This document shows, one piece after another, positions 46,515 through 56,349 of a stretch of 64,000 bases of DNA (position 1 is its first letter; every line of letters begins with the position of its first letter). The stretch covers positions 1,289 through 65,288 of the forward strand of contig JACPJT010000007.1 of the NCBI GenBank assembly GCA_016187415.1. The letters are read 5' to 3'. The translations under genes were made by a program, and so were the position numbers. Source of the stretch: Candidatus Aenigmatarchaeota archaeon. Its GTDB lineage: Archaea; Aenigmatarchaeota; Aenigmatarchaeia; CG10238-14; SCSR01. Under the pieces are notes generated by a model. It was not told the origin of the DNA and searched no databases. It worked only from the letters and a program-made list of their open reading frames with translations.

Positions 46515-47501
46515 ATGCCGCATGACAAATCATTCTGGGACGGAAAACGCGTCTTAATAACTGGTGTAACCGGTTTTGCAGGATCGTGGCTGGCTGAAAA
46601 ACTGTTAGAAATAGCGGAAGACATCAAGATATTCGGACTAAAAAGGGAAAACTCGTCTCTAGAAAAGATATCACATATTAAAGATCGGATAACGCTTTCC
46701 AATGCGGATATGCTCGATAAAACCTCATTAGTGGGAATTCTAAAAAAATTGGAACCGAATATAATTTTTCATCTAGCGGCGCAAGCGTCTGTTGTTAAGG
46801 GATATGAAATCCCATTCGGGACATTCGAGAGTAATTTTGTAGGTACAATGAATTTAGTCGACTCAATAAGAAAATCCGATATAAACATCGAGAAGATGCA
46901 ATTCGCCAGTTCTTCAAATGTATACGGTAAAGTAAAAGCAGAAGAAATACCTATAAAAGAAACGCAGGAACTGAGACCGAATGAGGTCTATGGGGTTTCA
47001 AAAGCAGCGGCAGACCACCTTTGTCATTCATATGCCACCATATACGACATTCCAATAGTTGTTACAAGAGCTTTCCACCACGAAGGTTTGAGGTGTAGTG
47101 AAAATGTTGTGGGTTCACAAATCGCACAACAGATAGCGGCCATAATAAATGGTAGACTTGGATTATTGAAACTGGGAAATATTGAATTGGTTAGAGATTT
47201 TAGTGATGTCAGAGACATTGTAATTGGTTATTTGTCTAGTGTTGAAAATGGCAAGTCTGCAGAAGCTTACAATTTATGCAGCGGAAAAGGATATAAGATA
47301 AAAGATCTTATAAATAATATTTTAACAAAGTTTAATATCAAAAATGTTAAAATAGAAAAGGACCCATTAAAAATTAGGTCGGATGAAGCACCTGTAATTG
47401 TCGGCGATAACACAAAAGCAAGAAAGGAGCTGTCTTGGGATCCCAGTACAAAATTCGAAGATACTTTAACAGAATTAATAAATTATTATAAAAGTAAATA
47501 A
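46515..47501 (+). CDS. NAD-dependent sugar 4,6-dehydratase-like SDR (GDP-mannose/CDP-glucose 4,6-dehydratase-like)
   Basis: 328 aa, TGVTGFAGSWLAEKLL Rossmann, YGVSKAAAD catalytic YxxxK. Confidence 0.75.
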   Translation: MPHDKSFWDGKRVLITGVTGFAGSWLAEKLLEIAEDIKIFGLKRENSSLEKISHIKDRITLSNADMLDKTSLVGILKKLEPNIIFHLAAQASVVKGYEIPFGTFESNFVGTMNLVDSIRKSDINIEKMQFASSSNVYGKVKAEEIPIKETQELRPNEVYGVSKAAADHLCHSYATIYDIPIVVTRAFHHEGLRCSENVVGSQIAQQIAAIINGRLGLLKLGNIELVRDFSDVRDIVIGYLSSVENGKSAEAYNLCSGKGYKIKDLINNILTKFNIKNVKIEKDPLKIRSDEAPVIVGDNTKARKELSWDPSTKFEDTLTELINYYKSK

Positions 47502-47509
47502 ATGATTAG

Positions 47510-48463
47510 ATGACATTCTGGAAAAATAAAAAAGTATTGGTAACCGGTGCAAGCGGATTTACAGGTTCGCATTTATGTAGAAAATTGGTCAATTCTGGCG
47601 CCGTTGTCAGAGCATATGTTAGAAGAGGCGGCAGTAAGAATAGAATAAAGGACATTCTTACCAAAGTCCAAATTGTCGAAGGCGATTTGATTGATATAAC
47701 CAGTTTAATAAATGCCACAAAGGATATCGATTATGTTTTTCATACCGGTGCTATAGTACCCGTATCAGAAGCACGAATGGTACCTTACAGTTCGGTTCAG
47801 GTTAATGCCGTTGGCGTGTTTAATACCGTCTGGGCTGCGAAAGAAAATAATGTAAAAAAATTATTGTATACAAGCACTTGCCACGTTTACGGCAATCAAC
47901 ATATGGATAAGTTGCCCCTGAAGGAAAATACACAACCAAATCCAATTGATATTTATTCTGCCGCAAAATTTGCGGGTGAAATATTCCTAAAGCCATTTAC
48001 ATTAGAAGATTCAGGTACAGATTTCATTATAACTCGCGCATTTAACAAATTTGGTCCAGATCAGATTGGTGACTGGCTGATACCTAGGACAATCAGACAG
48101 GTGTTGAATAAAATAAATCCCAAAGTCGGGAACCCTGATTCGACTAGAGATTATTCGTACATATCTGATATTGTTGACGGGTATATGTTGGCACTGGAAT
48201 ATGGTAAGAATGGCGACTTATTCAATCTAGGTTCTGGAAAAGAAACATCTGTGAAAGAATGTGTAGACAAAATAATAGAATTCAGTGGCTCTAAAGTTAT
48301 TCCAGTTTGGGATACAGGATACAGAAAGAATGATGTACTAAGATCTGTTGGAGACTCGTCAAAAGCCAAAAAAGAACTTGGTTGGGAACCAAAAGTAAGT
48401 TTTGACGATGGAATGAAATTAACATTAGATTGGTGGAAGACACATCCAGAATTACTTTCCTAA
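47510..48463 (+). CDS. NAD-dependent sugar epimerase/reductase (SDR)
   Basis: 317 aa, TGASGFTGSHL, YSAAKFAGE. Confidence 0.8.
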   Translation: MTFWKNKKVLVTGASGFTGSHLCRKLVNSGAVVRAYVRRGGSKNRIKDILTKVQIVEGDLIDITSLINATKDIDYVFHTGAIVPVSEARMVPYSSVQVNAVGVFNTVWAAKENNVKKLLYTSTCHVYGNQHMDKLPLKENTQPNPIDIYSAAKFAGEIFLKPFTLEDSGTDFIITRAFNKFGPDQIGDWLIPRTIRQVLNKINPKVGNPDSTRDYSYISDIVDGYMLALEYGKNGDLFNLGSGKETSVKECVDKIIEFSGSKVIPVWDTGYRKNDVLRSVGDSSKAKKELGWEPKVSFDDGMKLTLDWWKTHPELLS

Positions 48464-49441
48464 AGTGTTTTCGATTATTTCTTTCCAAGTTTTTTCAAAT
48501 CGTTTGATTGTAAACCTTTTTGCATATTTATATCCTGTAGAAGACATTTTTTTGCTTTTTTCAAGCGCCTTATCGACAAGTTTATTCAAGTCCTTGAAAT
48601 CGTTGCAAATTATCTGCCCGCCTCCCGACAATAACTCTGGCAAAGCTCCCATATTAGAACCTATAACCGGTCTTTTCAGTAGCATAGCTTCGTGTAAGGT
48701 GATGCTCCACCCCGTATTAAATTTATCCATACCTATCACTATGTCAGCAGACTTCAACAACTTAAGGTAATCTCTGTACGATAATTCAAAATTTCTGGCA
48801 GGTAAATTCACCTTTCGTTTCCCACTTGTTACCAAAGTGAAGTCTCGGTTTTTGAGCTGGTTATAGATTTCTACAACACCCTTATTTTTTTGGCAGTTTC
48901 CCATGTAAATTATTGGTTTGTCGCCTAGACCATTTTCTTCTTTAAACTCTTCAACTTCACCGTCGGAAATATCATAGTTCTTCAAATCAAACCCACAATA
49001 TGCTATGTCAATATTTTTAAATCCAAGTTTATTGAAATGTCCTTTCCAATATTTCGAAATAACGACGATTTCATCAAGCAGTCTAAGGTTTCTGTAGAAA
49101 AACTTGTTAAGTATATTATTGAACATCGGTGATCTAGTTGCGGATGGATCCAAATGGTAAAATAATAATAGATTTTTACCTTCTGTTCTATCTATATCGA
49201 GAGTAATTGTCGAATAAATACCCCTAATAAATAAATCTTTTTTTGAAGAAATTCGTGCAAGCTTGTAAAGTTGTGAAATTCTGTTTAAAACTATATTATT
49301 TGGTAATTTTTTCGGGAATATATCTTCTACATTATAATACTTTTCCAAGAAAGCTATGAGTTGTGCATCATACCGACTACCACCAAACAATGAATTTTTT
49401 TCAACGAAAGCTTTTAGCCAGCCAATGTCAACAGATTTCAT
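48452..49441 (-). CDS. glycosyltransferase, GT-B (GT4-like)
   Basis: 329 aa, C-terminal GT4 nucleotide-sugar binding pattern (GWSITLHEAMLLKRPVIGSNMGALPE). Confidence 0.7.
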   Translation of the reverse strand: MKSVDIGWLKAFVEKNSLFGGSRYDAQLIAFLEKYYNVEDIFPKKLPNNIVLNRISQLYKLARISSKKDLFIRGIYSTITLDIDRTEGKNLLLFYHLDPSATRSPMFNNILNKFFYRNLRLLDEIVVISKYWKGHFNKLGFKNIDIAYCGFDLKNYDISDGEVEEFKEENGLGDKPIIYMGNCQKNKGVVEIYNQLKNRDFTLVTSGKRKVNLPARNFELSYRDYLKLLKSADIVIGMDKFNTGWSITLHEAMLLKRPVIGSNMGALPELLSGGGQIICNDFKDLNKLVDKALEKSKKMSSTGYKYAKRFTIKRFEKTWKEIIENTLGK

Positions 49442-50550
49442 ACATTATCACACGCCATCGAATAAATTTCCTTCAGTTTTTTATTTCGCTCTTTTATCGA
49501 GAACTTACCACACTCTATAACTTTATAGCAATTCCTTCTTATTCTGTTTTGAATTTTCTTATTTGTTATCAAATTTTCAACACTTTCGGCAAACTCTTCA
49601 ACGAACTCAGGGAAGTGTGTCTTTTTAAGAATTTCATTAAAATCATTAAAAGTCTTCCATTTGCTGATGAAACCTTCACCATAAAGCGATATGGGAGAAT
49701 GTACATTCAAACCAGTTTTATTATCCTCTATTATTTCCGGTATATCAAAAACGTCTGTAGTTACAACTGGAACTTGATATGCCAGAGCTTCCAAATATAC
49801 ACCAAAGCTCGCCTGAAATAACGGAAATATGAATGCATCAGACGTTCTGTACAATGTCTCAAGTTCATCCCAAGGAATATCATGTAAAAAGTGAATGTTT
49901 TGATAGGAAGAATATTTTTGTATATATTCTGGTGGCGTTTCGGATACAAAGAATAGTTCCACATCATATTTTTTATTTAGTTTTTCGAAAACTTCTAGCG
50001 CTTCTTTACCACCTTTCGCATGGAATTTAGTACCCACAAAGAGTAATTTAATTTTTTCCTTGTTTACAATCCTGATTTTCCCTACACTATGATGGGCTGG
50101 ATAAACTACTTCTAATTTATTTTCAAGTTCCTTGTCATGGAAGTATTTCTGAAATTCTTTTTTGGCCGATTCTGTGAACGGCAGAATAAATTTACATTTT
50201 TCTTTCTTCAGTTGCATTGTTATAAAATTTCTAACACCAGAATTTACAAGAAATCTATAATCACGTTGATTGGGGGTAAGAATTATCGGGTGTTCCAGAT
50301 CAACGACGTAGTTTACATTGTTTAAAACTATCCTTCCTACACTATGCACCAAATCGGCTCTTTTAAATATATGACATACACGACCTTTATTTTTATAAAA
50401 TGAAACATTAATGGACTTGTTAACTACCCTGAATATCGGATTGTTATAAGAAAAATCCGTAACGTATTTCACAGGCGGGTATTTGTATAATTCCTGATAT
50501 ATTTTGTGAGAGTCTTTCTTAACATCTAATAATATTTTCATTTGCTTCAC
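49438..50550 (-). CDS. glycosyltransferase family 4 (GT-B)
   Basis: 370 aa, FIFPLFQASFGVYLEALAYQVPVVTTDVFDIPEII motif. Confidence 0.8.
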   Translation of the reverse strand: MKQMKILLDVKKDSHKIYQELYKYPPVKYVTDFSYNNPIFRVVNKSINVSFYKNKGRVCHIFKRADLVHSVGRIVLNNVNYVVDLEHPIILTPNQRDYRFLVNSGVRNFITMQLKKEKCKFILPFTESAKKEFQKYFHDKELENKLEVVYPAHHSVGKIRIVNKEKIKLLFVGTKFHAKGGKEALEVFEKLNKKYDVELFFVSETPPEYIQKYSSYQNIHFLHDIPWDELETLYRTSDAFIFPLFQASFGVYLEALAYQVPVVTTDVFDIPEIIEDNKTGLNVHSPISLYGEGFISKWKTFNDFNEILKKTHFPEFVEEFAESVENLITNKKIQNRIRRNCYKVIECGKFSIKERNKKLKEIYSMACDNV

Positions 50551-50553
50551 GAT

Positions 50554-51006
50554 TTAGGCTCTTATGCTTGAATCCAAAAATTTCTTTATGTCTTCAGCAA
50601 TAGTACATTTCGGTTGTTTGTAGACCTTATATTTTCTATTGTTTTTAATGTATGATTCTAATTCTTCCAGATTTCCACACATTGTAATATAATTTTCTCT
50701 CGCCAATTCTTCAACCAAATCCAATTGATGTTGACCAGATGAACCAAAATTTGGTACAGCGATAACACGTTTACCTAATTTGAGGCATTCAAATAATGTG
50801 CCAGAACCCCCGTGGCTTATTATCAAATCTCCCATCTTGTAATACCTTTTCATCTCAGATGAGAATCTGAACCATTTACAGTTTTTTGGGATATAATTTC
50901 CCCTACCAATTTGAACCACGACATTCTCTTTTAATTTGGGTGCTATTTCATCTATTTTTTTTACAAGCAATTCGAATTTGTCAGAACCAACTGTAACAAA
51001 AATCAT
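50554..51006 (-). CDS. Alg13-like glycosyltransferase catalytic subunit (GT28 C-terminal domain)
   Basis: 150 aa, ISHGGSGTLFECL motif; paired with Alg14-like upstream. Confidence 0.7.
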   Translation of the reverse strand: MIFVTVGSDKFELLVKKIDEIAPKLKENVVVQIGRGNYIPKNCKWFRFSSEMKRYYKMGDLIISHGGSGTLFECLKLGKRVIAVPNFGSSGQHQLDLVEELARENYITMCGNLEELESYIKNNRKYKVYKQPKCTIAEDIKKFLDSSIRA

Positions 51007-51010
51007 TTAA

Positions 51011-51496
51011 TCACGTTAAAATACCCGCATAAATCGATTTTGGATAATATCTCTTTAGAGAGGACCATTGCACGAAAAACAGGTCCGCTATTTTATATGC
51101 CAATTTTCCTGCTCTCGATGGTCTGGTGATTCTCGCTCTCGTTTCGATGTAAATTACTTTCATTCCTAGTAATTTGGCTATGTAACAAAACGGTAGAGCT
51201 ACATCGGAGCCACACGTTATAATAGCTTGTGGATTTTCTCTTAAAAGAATTACCAATGCTTGTAACGGTAGCAGAATAAAATTTATTAGGTTAGTTAAAA
51301 AGAAGGATTTCAAAACTAGACTATCCAAACCTACCATAAAATCAAATCTATAGTTTTTTGTATACTGTGTGACAACTTCATTCCTTAATGTAGCAAATGA
51401 CAGATCATATTTATACGCTTTTAACTGATTTGCCAATATCAAACACTGTTTTAGGTGCCCCCCAGTACTAGTCGGAATCAGAATTTTCATATTCAA
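51011..51496 (-). CDS. Alg14-like glycosyltransferase membrane-anchor subunit
   Basis: 161 aa; N-terminal TGGHL(x)Q motif region and adjacency to Alg13-like. Confidence 0.6.
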   Translation of the reverse strand: MNMKILIPTSTGGHLKQCLILANQLKAYKYDLSFATLRNEVVTQYTKNYRFDFMVGLDSLVLKSFFLTNLINFILLPLQALVILLRENPQAIITCGSDVALPFCYIAKLLGMKVIYIETRARITRPSRAGKLAYKIADLFFVQWSSLKRYYPKSIYAGILT

Positions 51497-51499
51497 ACC

Positions 51500-52516
51500 C
51501 TATAAAAAGTGTTTGCCAAATTTAGATTTGAAGAATATTTTGAGTGTGTCAATGAATCCCGTCATCATATATTTTGATTTACCAGTTCTTTTATAGTTTG
51601 CCGTATACCGTTTCTTAATAACCCAAGGCAAATTCGATACTGGCCATATCAGGCCTTTAATTGTTGATTTAGCTGCTATAAACTTGCCCCTAATTAGAAA
51701 TAGAAAAGCCAGTGTAGACCACGAAACAAAATATAGTGGGACCATCCACAACAGATCCATCGTAGTGGCATTTTTTATTATTGTCAACAAGCCGTTCCTT
51801 GTATTATAAAAGTAGAACAGATTGCTGTAACTTTTCTTCCCAAGACCTTTCAGCGCAGCACTCCCTAAGTGATAAACAATAGACTTTGGAGCCAAACATA
51901 CTTTGTAACCGTTGTCCCAAATTCTCCAACCAATATCGGGGTCTTCACAATAAAGAAAATAATCATCGTCGAATTTTCCTAAACTCAAATAAAGCTCCTT
52001 TTTCATTATCATAGAACAGCCAGTTGGGTAGAAAGTATATACTGTATCATCATACTTGTCTTGGCTGTCCATTTCTCCTATGGAACCAGATACGCCAAGT
52101 ACGCTCCAAAAACCACCTATTGTGTTTATTTTACTTTTGTCTGCGTAATACAGAACTTTAGAGGAGCATGCCCCTATACCACTGTCGCTGATTATATGTT
52201 TCACAAGTTCTTTCAGCCAATTTTTGTCAACCTCCGTATCGGGGTTCAAAATTACTAAATATTCCCCCTTCGCATTTTCAACACCAACATTATTCCCACC
52301 TGCATAACCAAGGTTTTTACCCGTTTCAATGAACTTTGCCCAAGGTGTATATTTTTTGATAACCTCCACAGATTTATCCGTTGAAGCATTGTCGACTACA
52401 ATAACCTCAAAACGATCATTATCATAATCTATGTTTTTTAAAGATTCCAAACAGTCTTTAATAAAACGCTCTCCATTGTAGTTCAATACGACTACTGAAA
52501 CAAATGGTAATACCAC
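51500..52516 (-). CDS. glycosyltransferase family 2 (GT-A) with C-terminal TM helices
   Basis: 338 aa, VSVVVLNYNG...VVDNASTD and DxD region. Confidence 0.85.
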   Translation of the reverse strand: MVLPFVSVVVLNYNGERFIKDCLESLKNIDYDNDRFEVIVVDNASTDKSVEVIKKYTPWAKFIETGKNLGYAGGNNVGVENAKGEYLVILNPDTEVDKNWLKELVKHIISDSGIGACSSKVLYYADKSKINTIGGFWSVLGVSGSIGEMDSQDKYDDTVYTFYPTGCSMIMKKELYLSLGKFDDDYFLYCEDPDIGWRIWDNGYKVCLAPKSIVYHLGSAALKGLGKKSYSNLFYFYNTRNGLLTIIKNATTMDLLWMVPLYFVSWSTLAFLFLIRGKFIAAKSTIKGLIWPVSNLPWVIKKRYTANYKRTGKSKYMMTGFIDTLKIFFKSKFGKHFL

Positions 52517-52567
52517 ACAACCACAATATAATCTGAATACAATAAAGATTTAAAGCAACCCCCATAA

Positions 52568-54124
52568 TTGATAAATTCGACAGCAAAGAATGATTTGATG
52601 AAAACAAAAGGTTCGTTAAGGTCTAAGCTTGTTTCTAATGTATTTTACGTAGCTCTTGAGTGGGTGTCAAACTTCGCTCTTTCTCTTCTTTATTGGTTTT
52701 TGGTCGGAAAAACGCTCGTGCCAGCTGATTATGGCGTTGTATATATATTTCTTAATCTGACAGTTTTACTCTCAGGGTTTTTACCATTGGGTACATCATA
52801 CGCACTGACAAAGCTAATACCAGAATACATAGGCCGTAATGAATTAGGAAAAATAACATCCGCAATACGATTCACATTAAACATTATTTTATTAATGTTC
52901 GGAATATTGGCAATTACATTCCTTATTTTTTCGAATAATATAGCGGCAATACTCAAGGTGCCCATTTATATAATCTGGTTAATACCGATAAGCGCTCTTT
53001 TCTACACATTGTTTTATCATCAGACATCGATAATAATAGGATTCCAACATATGAGGATTCTAGCTACAACGGCTTCTATAGGATATGTATTGAAAGTCGT
53101 GATTTCTGGAATTCTTATAATTCTTGGTTTCAAATTCTTTGGTCCAGTTATAGGTTTTATACTTAGTTCTCTTTTCATAGTCTTGGCGCGTATAAAATAT
53201 CTGTTGTACAACGAAAAATCTATAAAAATAGACGGAAAGTCAATCCTTCTCACCTTTGGTATGCCAGCCCTATTAACGAGAATGGCTTATATGGTGTTCA
53301 CTAACACGGAATCTTTACTGCTGGCATTTTTCCATAGCGCAAGCGTTGTAGGAATTTTTGGTATAGGCATGCTCCTTTCTAACCAAATGAGTGTAATATC
53401 GAACATATTCTCTGTTGCTCTGTTCCCAATAACATCTTTACTTTCTGCAGGTCAAAATACAGAAAAAAAACGGTCTAGATTGATCAATCTAATTGTCAGA
53501 TATACACTGCTTGTAACATTGCCATTAATAATATTCATAATATTGTTTGCGAGTAAGTTGATTTTATTGTTTTCTCAAGCGTCTTATTTACCAGCGGTTT
53601 CAATAATACCTATACTAGCTGTAGGGTCTTTACTTTTCGGATTGGCCGGCATATTTACAGACAGTTTGTACGCTATAGGAAAACCTAATGTTCAGAGAAA
53701 TTTGATGATAATAGCTACTATTATATACGCCATTTTATCAGTACCGTTAACATATCTGTTTTCGGTGTCTGGCATTTCCATAACATATACTATTTCAGGT
53801 CTGGTTTTATTCGTCGGAAGTCTGATTTATCTTAGAAAATTCCTACACTTCTCACCGCATTTGTTAAGCATAGGAAAGTTGCTTCTCGCTAACATCATTT
53901 CTTTTTCCATCTTGTTTGTTTTATCCATGTTTGCTCCAAATATTGTAATCGCAATACTATTTGCCATTATAACAGGTCTGATTTATTTGGTAGTCCTGAT
54001 GTTTCTAAAGTTTTATACCAAAGAAGATGTTAACATTTTAGAAATAGCGCACAACTATTTGCCTTTCGGGAAGGGGATCTTTAAAACCATTACAAGAACT
54101 GTTTCGAAATTCACTAGCGACTAG
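52568..54124 (+). CDS. oligosaccharide flippase (Wzx/MOP superfamily polysaccharide biosynthesis protein)
   Basis: 518 aa, ~12-14 TM helices, position in glycan cluster. Confidence 0.75.
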   Translation: MINSTAKNDLMKTKGSLRSKLVSNVFYVALEWVSNFALSLLYWFLVGKTLVPADYGVVYIFLNLTVLLSGFLPLGTSYALTKLIPEYIGRNELGKITSAIRFTLNIILLMFGILAITFLIFSNNIAAILKVPIYIIWLIPISALFYTLFYHQTSIIIGFQHMRILATTASIGYVLKVVISGILIILGFKFFGPVIGFILSSLFIVLARIKYLLYNEKSIKIDGKSILLTFGMPALLTRMAYMVFTNTESLLLAFFHSASVVGIFGIGMLLSNQMSVISNIFSVALFPITSLLSAGQNTEKKRSRLINLIVRYTLLVTLPLIIFIILFASKLILLFSQASYLPAVSIIPILAVGSLLFGLAGIFTDSLYAIGKPNVQRNLMIIATIIYAILSVPLTYLFSVSGISITYTISGLVLFVGSLIYLRKFLHFSPHLLSIGKLLLANIISFSILFVLSMFAPNIVIAILFAIITGLIYLVVLMFLKFYTKEDVNILEIAHNYLPFGKGIFKTITRTVSKFTSD

Positions 54125-54180
54125 GTATGAAGACGAATAGGATTTAAATATTTAACACTGGCAAACAATAGATTAAAAAT

Positions 54181-55161
54181 ATGGCATTGAATAAAGACAA
54201 TTGGGACGGCAAAAGAGTTCTAGTAACAGGTGCAGACGGTTTTGTAGGATCGCATCTAACAGAAAGGTTATTGTCTCTAGGCGCAAAAGTATCTGTCTTT
54301 GTCAGAGGCACATCTCACAGCGGAACCACCAAGTATACTTTTCAGAACATACGTCACATTCAAGACAAATTGGCAGAAATTATTACAGGCGATATAGGCA
54401 GCAGTGACACAATAAGCCTTATCAAAAAGAATAAGCCCGAGACGATATTTCATTTGGCCGCTGAAGCTTATGTACCAAGGTCCTTTGATCAGCCACTAGA
54501 GATAACACAAACAAATCTGATAGGAACTCTACACGTTTTACATGCGGCAATGGGAATTGAAAATATTGAAAGAGTGGTATGCACTTCCTCGAGTGAGATT
54601 TATGGGACGCCCAACTATGTGCCCATAGACGAAGATCATCCATTAAACCCCGCACATCCGTATGGCGCGTCTAAAGTCGCCGCCGACAGATACGCATTTG
54701 CTTACTATAACACATATCAATTACCAATTTCCATTATCAGGCCGTTCAATATGTACGGGCCACGACACACATACGATGTGTTGCCAAAATTTATTAAACT
54801 CGCCCTAGAGAACAAGCCACTTACGGTACATGGCGACGGAAAACAAACTAGAGATTTCTTATACGTTGACGATGCCGTGAATGCATTTTTGATAATGGGA
54901 CAGGATAAAAAGGCTATAGGACAAGCTGTTAATTTCGGTACTGGTAAGGAGACTACTATAAAAGAACTCGCCGAAAAGATAAAGAAATTGAGCAATAGCA
55001 AGTCAGAAATTGTTTATACAAAAGAAAGGACAGCCCAGGTTAAAAGATTGTGTTGCGATTTCTCAAAAGCACTGAAATTGTTCGGATGGTCACCAAAAGT
55101 TACTTTGGATGAAGGTTTGAAGATAAACATTGAATGGGAACGCAAAAATATGCGTATATAG
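54181..55161 (+). CDS. NAD-dependent sugar epimerase/dehydratase (UDP-glucuronate decarboxylase / 4,6-dehydratase-like SDR)
   Basis: 326 aa, TGADGFVGSHL, YGASKVAADRY. Confidence 0.8.
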   Translation: MALNKDNWDGKRVLVTGADGFVGSHLTERLLSLGAKVSVFVRGTSHSGTTKYTFQNIRHIQDKLAEIITGDIGSSDTISLIKKNKPETIFHLAAEAYVPRSFDQPLEITQTNLIGTLHVLHAAMGIENIERVVCTSSSEIYGTPNYVPIDEDHPLNPAHPYGASKVAADRYAFAYYNTYQLPISIIRPFNMYGPRHTYDVLPKFIKLALENKPLTVHGDGKQTRDFLYVDDAVNAFLIMGQDKKAIGQAVNFGTGKETTIKELAEKIKKLSNSKSEIVYTKERTAQVKRLCCDFSKALKLFGWSPKVTLDEGLKINIEWERKNMRI

Positions 55162-56341
55162 AGTATTGATTCAAATGCAAGATGAGTTACGGTCTATTTC
55201 TCTTGTGGAAAATTGGATGTTAAATTCTGGTATACAAAACATATCCGAAAACAAACTTTTTAGAGGCGGCTTTAATTCCTGGTTTGACACAGAAAAAAAA
55301 TATTATCCGTTCATCTATTCCGAGATAACAGGTTATGGGATTACAACTTTACTGTTTTTGAACTCTATGTATAAAAAATCTGTTCTCGTCTCGCGAGCAA
55401 AACTTGCCGCAGACTGGATTATAGCCAACGCTCTCAACGAAAGCGGCGGCGTGAAAACAAGACTTTATTATGATTCAGGGAATGAAGATAAACAATATTC
55501 TTTCAACAATGGCATGATTTATGCATTCGATTCAGGAATGATATTGACTGGTTTAGTTAATCTGTATAATGAAACAAGGGATTCTAAGTACCTTGAAGCC
55601 TCTAAGAGGATAGCCGATTTCCTAGTGGATTGTATGATTTCAAAAGAGGGGCATATATTTCCTATGTACAATCCGTCTGAAAAGACGACTGCTGTAACTT
55701 ATGATAAATGGTCGACCCAATTTGGCAGTTTCCATTCTAAAATATTCATAGGCCTGTTGAAGCTGTCAGAAGCAATTAAGAGCGATAAATATGCAGACGC
55801 AGTAAGCAAATCCTTAAAAAATATTTTTGATTTTCAGAGAAATGACGGCAGATTCATAACGGACACTAAGACAGGAAAGACCCATCTGCACCCACATCTT
55901 TACTCTGCAGAAGGGCTGCTTTATGCAGGAATAAAGACGAATGACCAAAAACTAATAGATAAATCAGCAAACGCAATAAAGTGGTTAATGGATAACCAAC
56001 CACATGATTTTTCTATACCGCAAGTCTTTCTGAAGGACGGTTTCATAAAATACGAGAGATACGATGTCGTATCGCAATTTGTTAGATTAGGATCATTTTT
56101 CATTCAGAATAATTACATTGATATAGATTACCAGAAAAACATTGATACAGCCGCTAAGAAATTATTGTCGATGCAAAATACAAACGGTCAACAAAATGGC
56201 GGATTTTTCTATGGTTTTGACGAGACTGGCAAAATGTTACAGCACCTCAACTCTTGGTGTACGATGTTTGCTGTTCAGGCGATGGACTTCTACCACAAGT
56301 TGAAAAATAATAAGACTATAAAAATCGATTTTCTTATCTAG
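55130..56341 (+). CDS. hypothetical protein (403 aa), possibly alpha/alpha-toroid (AGE/six-hairpin-like) fold
   Basis: Repeated aromatic-Gly motifs. Family not assigned. True start probably downstream of 55130. Confidence 0.4.
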   Translation: MNGNAKICVYRVLIQMQDELRSISLVENWMLNSGIQNISENKLFRGGFNSWFDTEKKYYPFIYSEITGYGITTLLFLNSMYKKSVLVSRAKLAADWIIANALNESGGVKTRLYYDSGNEDKQYSFNNGMIYAFDSGMILTGLVNLYNETRDSKYLEASKRIADFLVDCMISKEGHIFPMYNPSEKTTAVTYDKWSTQFGSFHSKIFIGLLKLSEAIKSDKYADAVSKSLKNIFDFQRNDGRFITDTKTGKTHLHPHLYSAEGLLYAGIKTNDQKLIDKSANAIKWLMDNQPHDFSIPQVFLKDGFIKYERYDVVSQFVRLGSFFIQNNYIDIDYQKNIDTAAKKLLSMQNTNGQQNGGFFYGFDETGKMLQHLNSWCTMFAVQAMDFYHKLKNNKTIKIDFLI

Positions 56342-56349
56342 GTGTTTAT

